Source: Pyrobaculum aerophilum str. IM2
GTDB lineage: Archaea > Thermoproteota > Thermoprotei > Thermoproteales > Thermoproteaceae
DNA: 32,000 nt
Assembly (NCBI RefSeq): GCF_000007225.1
Contig: NC_003364.1
Location: 1,327,480 to 1,359,479 of the forward strand
Direction of reading: 5' to 3'
Both the position numbers and the translations under genes were made by a program. Of this stretch, positions 7,643 through 14,122 are shown in pieces. The notes under the pieces are model-generated. The model saw only the letters and a program-made list of their open reading frames with translations. It was not told the origin of the DNA and searched no databases. The stretch's first letter is position 1; each line of letters opens with the position of its first letter.

Positions 7643-8542
7643 GTGTATTACAATCAAGTCTTTAGGGGGAGCGTGGCGCGGGGATGCGAATTGTGTTTAC
7701 TTGGGAGTAAAAGCGTAATTTTCATAACGGGCCTCTGCCCCCTCAGTTGTCCCTACTGTCCCGTAGGGGCTGACAGGTTCGGAAAGGATGTAATATACGT
7801 TAACGATGTGCCGGTGAAGAGGCTGGAGGACATCCCGAAAATAGTCGCAGAATACGGCTCAGACGGGGCGGCCGTTACAGGCGGCGACCCCTCAGTAGTC
7901 GCCGAAAGGGTCAAGGCCGTGGCGGATTTGTTAAAGAGAGAGTTCGGCGAGGAGTTTCACATCCACATGTATACACACATACTTAACCTAGACAGCAAAA
8001 GAGTCGGGATACTGGCGGCTAGTAAAGTAGACGAGGTGAGAATACATGTCATCTCAAGGGAGCAGGCGGTGGGCAGGGAGAAGTACTTAAAGGCATTAGT
8101 CGCCGCAGGAAAAGTAGTGGGAGTGGAGGTGCCAGCGTTGCCGGGCTACGAGAGGCAAATAGCCGAGGCCATAAACTACCTATCGCCGTATATAAGTTTT
8201 GTTAATATTAACGAACTGGACGTTTCCGAGACTAACTTAGAGAGGCTGAGGGCCATTGGGTACAAGGCTGAGGGTCTCAATGTCGCTGGCAGTTTAGAGG
8301 CGGCTAGGAAAATAGCGCAGATGGTGTCAGTGCCTGTACACATCTGCACTGGCAAAACTAAAGACAGAGTGCAAATAGGGTCTCGGCTGTTTAAATATGC
8401 GATGAGGACATCAAAACCGCACGAATTTGTCCTCGACGACGGCTCTGTGATGTACGACGAGGAGGGATACCACCCGAAAAGCGTGAGGGCTAAAAAAATA
8501 CGAGTAAAAATCACGTTGGGAGGCAAAGAGATAGAGGTATAG
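7643..8542 (+). CDS. Radical SAM protein (pyruvate formate-lyase activase-related family)
   Basis: CX3CX2C cluster motif GLCPLSCPYCPVG, followed by GGDPS (SAM-binding GGE-like motif). 299 aa. Confidence 0.8.
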   Translation: MYYNQVFRGSVARGCELCLLGSKSVIFITGLCPLSCPYCPVGADRFGKDVIYVNDVPVKRLEDIPKIVAEYGSDGAAVTGGDPSVVAERVKAVADLLKREFGEEFHIHMYTHILNLDSKRVGILAASKVDEVRIHVISREQAVGREKYLKALVAAGKVVGVEVPALPGYERQIAEAINYLSPYISFVNINELDVSETNLERLRAIGYKAEGLNVAGSLEAARKIAQMVSVPVHICTGKTKDRVQIGSRLFKYAMRTSKPHEFVLDDGSVMYDEEGYHPKSVRAKKIRVKITLGGKEIEV

Positions 8543-8567
8543 TTGCTTTTAAAGACAATTACTATAC

Positions 8568-8873
8568 GTGAAGGAAATCTTAGTGATATTGCTCATAACC
8601 GCCGTTGTTTTCGCCGCAACGAACTCAACAGATCCATTTGTAAAGATTAGTCAAACTGTTGAAAGTATACTATCATCAATAGATAAATTTTTACAAAATT
8701 TGAAAGATGTACTAAAGACACATATGGTTTCTATTTCGAGGACTCTGTCGGTAATTCTAGGGCTAGTGGGCGCAGTGTTGTATTTCTCAGGGCTGAATAA
8801 ATACAGCGGGCGCGGGTTAATTATAGGGGCAATACTTCTTTACATACTGGCCGATTTTATTAGTTCTATATAA
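8568..8873 (+). CDS. Small secreted/membrane protein (signal-like N-terminus plus two hydrophobic helices)
   Basis: 101 aa. It has ILVILLITAVVFAA at the N-terminus, an amphipathic helix, then LSVILGLVGAVLYFSGL - NKYSGRG - LIIGAILLYILADFI. The in-frame GTG at 8583 is an alternative start. Confidence 0.55.
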   Translation: MKEILVILLITAVVFAATNSTDPFVKISQTVESILSSIDKFLQNLKDVLKTHMVSISRTLSVILGLVGAVLYFSGLNKYSGRGLIIGAILLYILADFISSI

Positions 8874-9173
8874 TAGACAGTTCAGCGAAATGTTTATAAT
8901 AACGCTGCATTAACCGCTAGCGCTGACAATTTACACGCCGTTTAGAAGGGGGTTCGACCATTTTGTCAAGAGGCATTGCCGTCACAGCAATAGGGATTTA
9001 GAGCACTGCCTCGGAGACGCTTAACATAGGAGGTTTGCGTTGGAGCCAGATAAGTCCCACTTGACACGTTTATAATGCAATAAATAGTCCCGTAAACATA
9101 TACTCTTATAAGACGTCTAGAGAGTAGAAACAGGGATAATAGCGTCGCCCTCTAAGTTAATAACGATAAGAGG

Positions 9174-9198
9174 TCAATAAAAAGGCTTTCGCAAAGCC
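9174..9198 (-). terminator. Hairpin plus T-run after the rpoP/78-aa operon
   Basis: The minus strand reads GGCTTTGCGAAAGCC (6-bp stem, 3-nt loop) followed directly by TTTTTATT. It begins 8 nt after the stop of the 78-aa ORF. Confidence 0.5.
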
Positions 9199-9205
9199 AA
9201 AGGGC

Positions 9206-9442
9206 CTATACGTTCCCCCTTCCCCCTGCCCACACTACTGTGTCGGTTTCTGGATCCCATACCACTGTATAGCCATCTATTCTCATACGCAATCTCCCCC
9301 TCCTCGCCGTTATGAAATAGCCACGCACCCGTCCGGTTTCTACGTCGACTAACAGCCGATTTCCAACGACGTCTACTCTAAGCGACTCTGCCAGCTTTGA
9401 CTTCCGGAACTGTTCAGCTAATTGAGAGAAATCCTCAGCCAT
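9206..9442 (-). CDS. Hypothetical 78-aa protein translationally coupled to rpoP
   Basis: Track ORF. Its ATG overlaps the rpoP stop as TAATG. The sequence looks beta-rich (LLVDVETGRVRGYFITARRGRLRMRIDGYTVVWDPETDTVVW). I recognise no family. Confidence 0.55.
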   Translation of the reverse strand: MAEDFSQLAEQFRKSKLAESLRVDVVGNRLLVDVETGRVRGYFITARRGRLRMRIDGYTVVWDPETDTVVWAGGRGNV

Positions 9443-9600
9443 TAAATTGCCGGTATGCGTTTTACCATTGGCGATCTTACCTTCATAATTATTTTAAAGT
9501 TACAATAGGGACACCTAATCCCCGGGAGGATTTCCATCTCTGATTTGCTAAAAATCCTTCCGCACCTCATACAGACATAAAGCTTCCTTTCCTCAGTCAC
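9442..9600 (-). CDS. rpoP: DNA-directed RNA polymerase subunit P (Rpo12/RPABC4)
   Basis: Unlisted 52-aa ORF from my own translation: [52 protein letters not shown]. The zinc ribbon CxxC...CxxC and the LPG(I/V)RCPYC..KII..(V)R..P motif match archaeal RpoP as I remember it from Sulfolobus. ATTTTTAAAA on the minus strand (9621-9630) is centred about 25 nt upstream. Confidence 0.9.
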
Positions 9601-9622
9601 GGTGTTGGTTTTCCCCGCCTTT

Positions 9623-10129
9623 TTAAAAATTTCTCTCTACTAGTAGTTTTTTAATCCTCTCAACGCCGCCTATTTCATCTATATATTCTGCCACGGCGGG
9701 AGGGACCATCCCACGCCATCCATCATCCCCGGCGGCTATTAGCCTCCTTATCAAAGTGGCAGAGTATTCTCCGAAGTGCGGGTGCGACCTCACCTCCACT
9801 CCCCAGAACGACAAGGCGACGGCGACCCAGGGATTGTTTGAATAAGCCACGTGGTACTGGGGACACCAGTGGCGCACATAGGCGCCCCAGTGGCTCGTCG
9901 GCCCGTTTGTGTCTGGCACTGTGCAGAATAATAAACGGCAGTTGGCCCCAAAATGTCTCCTAAACATCTCAAGCCTCTCTCCAGGCGTAAAGGGGTTCTC
10001 CGGCGTCAAGGCCTTGTCCGCAGATCCAATTGCAATTACCACCTCGTCGTAGTGCGTCAGGAGCCATTCAATTACCTTCACATGGCCCCAGTGGAGCGGC
10101 TGAAAACGCCCTATAAAGAGGGCTCTCAT
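9623..10129 (-). CDS. nadM: Nicotinamide-nucleotide adenylyltransferase (archaeal type)
   Basis: N-terminal [10 protein letters not shown] (HxGH nucleotidyltransferase motif) and C-terminal SATLIRR (ISSTxxR-like). 168 aa, typical of archaeal NMNAT. Confidence 0.85.
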   Translation of the reverse strand: MRALFIGRFQPLHWGHVKVIEWLLTHYDEVVIAIGSADKALTPENPFTPGERLEMFRRHFGANCRLLFCTVPDTNGPTSHWGAYVRHWCPQYHVAYSNNPWVAVALSFWGVEVRSHPHFGEYSATLIRRLIAAGDDGWRGMVPPAVAEYIDEIGGVERIKKLLVERNF

Positions 10130-10145
10130 GACACGTGGGAAATAC

Positions 10146-10157
10146 CTTTTTTAAACA
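10146..10157. promoter_or_regulatory. Shared AT-rich TATA element between nadM (minus) and the C/D box sRNA (plus)
   Basis: CTTTTTTAAACA is centred about 22 nt from the nadM ATG (10129) on one strand and about 24 nt from the sRNA C box (10175) on the other. Confidence 0.45.
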
Positions 10158-10171
10158 GTAATCCCTCGTTT

Positions 10172-10225
10172 AAGATGATGTCGTAGCTCGCGGCTGATTA
10201 TGATGTGGGGTATACAAGCTGAATA
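10172..10225 (+). ncRNA. C/D box sRNA (2'-O-methylation guide)
   Basis: Canonical architecture: C box ATGATGT (10175-10181), 12 nt CGTAGCTCGCGG, D' box CTGA (10194-10197), TT, C' box ATGATGT (10200-10206), 12 nt GGGGTATACAAG, D box CTGA (10219-10222). It is intergenic and has a TATA element about 24 nt upstream. Confidence 0.8.
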
Positions 10226-10379
10226 ATGTCACAGAGGTGCCCATTAGGCTTGCCGTCCCTGCGCATAGCTTTTACACTCTTACGTAGAAAGGGCCTAGTA
10301 AGACGCCCTTTCAACATCTAATTATCTAACCCCCCATGGCCCACGCGCCTAACGCGTAAGCCCGCCCTTCTCAGAAGGC

Positions 10380-11198
10380 CTATATTTTAAGAAGCGAGGC
10401 CATGTGCATGAGAATTCTCACAACTTTCGTCGCAGTTATGTCAGAGACGTCGTTAGGAGGGGAGTACTCCATAATGTCCACCGCCACCGGCTTTAAGGTC
10501 ATTAACACATCCGTGAGCAAATACTCTAATTTTTTAAAGCTCAAGCCGCCAGCCTCTGGAGTCCCAACGCCCGGGGCCTCAGCTGGGTCTAAAACGTCTA
10601 TGTCGAGGCTGACATAAGCCCTTCCAGAGGCCGTTGAGAGGGCGTCTGCCACTACTTGTCTAGTGAAGTCCCGCCCCTCTACGACGAAAAACCCAGCGTT
10701 CTCGGCATATTCCCTCTCCTCGTCGTCATAAGCCCTAACGCCTATGTATATGGCGTAAAAGCCAAGCTCCTCGTGCGCCCTCCTGGCGAATGTGGCGTGA
10801 GATAGCCTCTGCCCCGGCGGCCACTCGTTGCGCAAGTCAAAATGGGCGTCTATATGTACATATACGTCAGGCCTAACGACGTTAAGCGCGGCTAGAGTGG
10901 CTGTGTGCTCGCCTCCTATCATTATAAAAGGAGGCCCCACTCTCTTAAGCTTAGCCTCTATTCTCGCTAAATTTTCCTCAGGCCTTCCCTGGAGGAGCTC
11001 AACGTCGCCTAAATCGCAGATGGGCTCGGCCACGTTGCCAAATAAAGTTGTGTATTCCAAATAGGGCAGTATTTGCCTAATCTTCTGCGGCGCAAATCTC
11101 GCGCCGGGCCTAAAGCTTAGAGTGTCCTCCATGGGAGCGCCGAGAAGCTTGACGTCTTTTTCTCCGCACTTATTCTTAAGCACGCCTACTTCTTTCAC
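10380..11198 (-). CDS. speB: Agmatinase (ureohydrolase/arginase family)
   Basis: Mn-binding motifs GGEHT, HIDAHFDL and SLDIDVLDPAEAPGVGTPEAGG. The start overlaps the upstream CDF gene by 23 nt. Confidence 0.8.
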   Translation of the reverse strand: MKEVGVLKNKCGEKDVKLLGAPMEDTLSFRPGARFAPQKIRQILPYLEYTTLFGNVAEPICDLGDVELLQGRPEENLARIEAKLKRVGPPFIMIGGEHTATLAALNVVRPDVYVHIDAHFDLRNEWPPGQRLSHATFARRAHEELGFYAIYIGVRAYDDEEREYAENAGFFVVEGRDFTRQVVADALSTASGRAYVSLDIDVLDPAEAPGVGTPEAGGLSFKKLEYLLTDVLMTLKPVAVDIMEYSPPNDVSDITATKVVRILMHMASLLKI

Positions 11199-12066
11199 CC
11201 CGTTTATACTCTTTACGTCTCGGCACGATTTTAATATCTACATGTACAATAAGGGGATGGAGCCTAGAAATAGTCTTAATGGCCTTTGTCCTGAGGGCAT
11301 GGAGCTTGCCTATAGTCATGTCGGGAGTCACCCCCACTAAGGAATATACGACAAAGAAGCTCCCTAGTCTCCTGATTTTAACGTCTATAGGCCGGCCCAG
11401 CTCCGCCAAGATGTTTCTTATCTTTTCCTCTAGCGAGTCGTCTCTATATAAAGCGCCTACTATGCCGTAAGTGGCCTCTTTTGCGAGCTTAGAGAACTCG
11501 TATAGCACGTATAGATATATTATGAACACTGCCACTACTTCGGCGAGTACCAAGTGAAACAAATTGCTTACAACTACTGCGAGCGCCGCTACTGCTGAGA
11601 GGACCGTGTCTACTTTTGCGTGTAGGGCATCGGCCTTGAGTATGTCTAGCTTTAAAGATTCGTAATTGTGCCTCTCCCAGAGGTACAGTAGAAAAGTTAT
11701 GCCGCCGCCGGCCAAGAGGAGGAGGGTCATCCACATCGGCGTAGGCTCGCCGTTAAGCTCAATAGAGGTGGCCAGCATATAGGTGTAAAATCCCAGTATT
11801 GCAAGCGTTGACAACAGCGTGAGAAGGCTCTCCACGCGATAGATCTCCCACGGAAAGGATCTTCCTCTTCTCGAAGCGTAGTAGAGCCCAAAGCCGGATA
11901 TGTATGCGATCGCGGCGTCAAGAAATCCGTGGAGGGCATCGCTAGTTACTAGGAGGCTGTGATACATAATTCCAAGGAGCAATTCGACAAGAGTATACGC
12001 TAGGGAGACAGTGCCCATAATGAAGAGGTATAGCGACGCAAGCCAAAGCCTAATGAAAGGGCGCAC
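11176..12066 (-). CDS. Cation diffusion facilitator (CDF) family metal efflux transporter
   Basis: Multiple TM helices carry the paired metal-site motifs SDALHGFLDA and ADALHAKVD. There is a C-terminal cytoplasmic domain. The start is GTG. Confidence 0.75.
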   Translation of the reverse strand: MRPFIRLWLASLYLFIMGTVSLAYTLVELLLGIMYHSLLVTSDALHGFLDAAIAYISGFGLYYASRRGRSFPWEIYRVESLLTLLSTLAILGFYTYMLATSIELNGEPTPMWMTLLLLAGGGITFLLYLWERHNYESLKLDILKADALHAKVDTVLSAVAALAVVVSNLFHLVLAEVVAVFIIYLYVLYEFSKLAKEATYGIVGALYRDDSLEEKIRNILAELGRPIDVKIRRLGSFFVVYSLVGVTPDMTIGKLHALRTKAIKTISRLHPLIVHVDIKIVPRRKEYKRGERSRRA

Positions 12067-12144
12067 AGCTCTAATAGTTGAACTATAAAAAATCCAATCT
12101 CCAGGGTTTTTGAACTATCGGGGAGGAGGTCAAGTTGTTAAGTA

Positions 12145-13701
12145 TTATGAGCTTCGTTGTCTGGTCGGCTTTTCCGCCCTCCACTTATCTACGGCGTCTC
12201 TCAGCGCCTTAAAGCGCCGCAGGGCGTCTAGCTGTTCGGCTAGGAGCCATACTTCGCCCCTCTTAGCCTTGCCTGTCAGCGCCTTTAACACGGCGGCCTC
12301 CATATCGTCCTTAACCCTTGGCCGTGCTGTTTCGTAGTAGTACGTGACTGTTGTTTTACCTCTCTTTTCCCGCTTCTCCGCCCAGCGCCACTCCACCTTC
12401 AGTTGCCTCCTCTCCCCTCCAGCCTCATACTCCGCGATTATGCGCAGGCGGCAACCCTCCCCAGCGCATTGGTTTACCACCTTGCCGTTTTCCACAAATT
12501 CATACCGCAGATCTACAACGCGGGCTATTATATTGCCCTTATCGTCGCGCACCTCCAGCGGCAGATCTATTGCCCCCTCCTCCCTCGCCGGCGTTAGAAC
12601 CTCTATCAGCTTTTTCACCGCGTCATCGCCGTGGCGGCGCCTCAACACGTCCTCAAGATCCCTAATAAAGCGTTCTGCCTCCACATCGCCATTCAGCGCC
12701 ATGCGCTGTATTTCCCTAAGGCCGTCGTAAGTGATGCGGATTATGTACTGTCCGTTCCACTTCGCCGCGAAGTGCTTTCCCTCCTCCAGCCCTGCCGCCT
12801 TCAAGGCGTTTACAACTGTGTCTTTGTGGTCTTTTTTAACGCGGATTTCGCGCCTTTTGCCGTAAACAGCGTAGTGCTCTTTTTCCTTCAGCCCGCTAAG
12901 GGCCTCTAACGCCTTGGCATAAAATTCGTCCGCAACGCGAATTTCGTAACCGCCGCGCTCTGTTACCGTAAAATGCTCGCCCTCCTTCAAACCCTTGGCC
13001 TTTAATGCGTTTAAAGCGGCGTTTTTAGAGGCCTCGCTACGCGGGTTGTATACTATCATTATGCTCTTCATCCCCGTCCCGTAATAGACCGAAAACTCCG
13101 CACCGGCGAGCTTCACAACGTTGGGGCCTGCGGCTACGTCCTTAACTAGCTGTTTATACCTCTCCTCGCCGATCAGCCCCCTGCCGTACAGCTCGTCCAC
13201 AAAGCCCCTCACCGCGTTCAGCCAGCCGTCGTGACGAATTGCCGTAATGCCGTCAGTGGTGAGCCACACTACCCATCCCTCACCTACGCGCTTAACCTCA
13301 GCCTCGCCGCCTAGGGCCCTAATAATAGAGGCCAGACGCTCGGCGTTTTCGCGAGAGCCGCGGAATTCGGCTAGTAGATATCTGCCAGTCCATTTCATGT
13401 TGATGTGTGCCACCACCTCCCCGCCCAACTTAAAGCGGATGACTGTCTTCGGGTAACTTCCGCTTGCATCCAACGGCCCTCTCTCCACTGTGACGTTCTT
13501 GTAGACGTAGTCATCGGCCATTGTAATAATTTCGTTTAGCTTTTTGAAAAACCTTTCGTTTCTCACGTCATATGCCCAGTCAACGCCGTGTTTCTTTTTA
13601 ATCGCCTCGCGTGTAACAACTTTAAACGAGTCAGCGAACTCGGTCAGGGTATCTCCAAGCTCGTACAGTGTGGACAACGCCGGCATTACCGCTTTCAGCA
13701 A
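12145..13701 (-). CDS. Repeat-containing Thermoproteales protein, possibly PaREP2 family
   Basis: The track ORF starts at TTG 13701. ATG at 13686 (MPALSTLYELG...) is more likely, with AAAGTTAAAC about 22 nt upstream. At least three or four copies of a ~35-40 aa unit are present (AALNALKAKGLKEGEHFTVTERGGYEIRV / VVNALKAAGLEEGKHFAAKWNGQYIIRI / LASIIRALGGEAEVKRVGEGWVVWL). The family name comes from memory of Pyrobaculum annotations only. Confidence 0.6.
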   Translation of the reverse strand: MLKAVMPALSTLYELGDTLTEFADSFKVVTREAIKKKHGVDWAYDVRNERFFKKLNEIITMADDYVYKNVTVERGPLDASGSYPKTVIRFKLGGEVVAHINMKWTGRYLLAEFRGSRENAERLASIIRALGGEAEVKRVGEGWVVWLTTDGITAIRHDGWLNAVRGFVDELYGRGLIGEERYKQLVKDVAAGPNVVKLAGAEFSVYYGTGMKSIMIVYNPRSEASKNAALNALKAKGLKEGEHFTVTERGGYEIRVADEFYAKALEALSGLKEKEHYAVYGKRREIRVKKDHKDTVVNALKAAGLEEGKHFAAKWNGQYIIRITYDGLREIQRMALNGDVEAERFIRDLEDVLRRRHGDDAVKKLIEVLTPAREEGAIDLPLEVRDDKGNIIARVVDLRYEFVENGKVVNQCAGEGCRLRIIAEYEAGGERRQLKVEWRWAEKREKRGKTTVTYYYETARPRVKDDMEAAVLKALTGKAKRGEVWLLAEQLDALRRFKALRDAVDKWRAEKPTRQRSS

Positions 13702-14091
13702 GCCGTTTAACTTTGGCGGAGTATGGCGAAAGATGCGCCGAATCGTTAATCAGCAAATACGCCCTGATGAGGGCTTTCTGGGGGATGGAGGGTGGAGAGG
13801 AAAGCCGATGTCGTGCTTCGTGACGGGGAGAAAAGCCGTGTGCAAAGTGGGCGACAAGATGGCCGCGTTTTATGTATTCGACACGCCACATGGCGTATAC
13901 CCCAGGCCTGAGATAAAGCTAATAAACGACTGGATTAAAGTGGCGCATAGGGGCGATGACAGTCAAGGCGGCGTGTGTAAAAGTGGCGCTACCAGAGGCA
14001 TTTTCCCTGCCCAGAAAATTCGGCGTTTTGGGCGGTGTTTCTTGCGGGGCGCCTTTAACGGCCTTGACGTAGTAGTGGCGGAAGGAGAAGG

Positions 14092-14107
14092 AAAGTATAT
14101 AAAAAAA
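14092..14107 (+). promoter_or_regulatory. TATA box for glyS
   Basis: AAAGTATATAAAAAAA is centred about 25 nt upstream of ATG 14123. Confidence 0.55.
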
Positions 14108-14122
14108 TAAGACGTCTCTCCA

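Noticed and set aside
8949-8957. GGGGTTCGACC resembling a tRNA T-arm (GGTTCGA)
   Set aside because: The 3' side (ATTTTG) cannot pair with GGGGG. No acceptor, D or anticodon arms could be built on either strand.
8985-9058. Weak resemblance to RNase P RNA conserved regions (ACAGCAATAGGGATTTA versus CR-V, and AGATAAGTCCC versus CR-I)
   Set aside because: The motif order is reversed relative to RNase P RNA, the matches are partial, and no P4-type pairing could be drawn.
9953-10186. 77-aa plus-strand ORF and 60-aa minus-strand ORF overlapping nadM
   Set aside because: They are nested in or antisense to a gene with clear NMNAT motifs and have no independent signals.
10402-11340. Plus-strand ORFs of 71-78 aa opposite the agmatinase and CDF genes
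   Set aside because: They are antisense shadows with low-complexity Ser/Thr/Pro content, opposite motif-supported genes.
12344-12909. Four overlapping plus-strand ORFs (64-128 aa) opposite the PaREP2-like gene
   Set aside because: The Pro/Ser/Arg-rich translations are typical of antisense frames in G+C-rich coding DNA. They also exclude one another.
13544-13807. 5' part of the 188-aa plus-strand ORF 13544-14110, and the 86-aa minus-strand ORF 13631-13891
   Set aside because: The 5' part is antisense to the PaREP2-like N-terminus. Only the distal 13808-14110 segment is free-standing, and it is kept as a low-confidence finding rather than a feature.
13764-13835. C-box-like CTGATGA at 13764-13770, suggesting a third C/D sRNA
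   Set aside because: No CTGA D or D' box occurs at 12-nt or about 50-nt spacing (only GTGA at about 13829), and the first base is not a purine.
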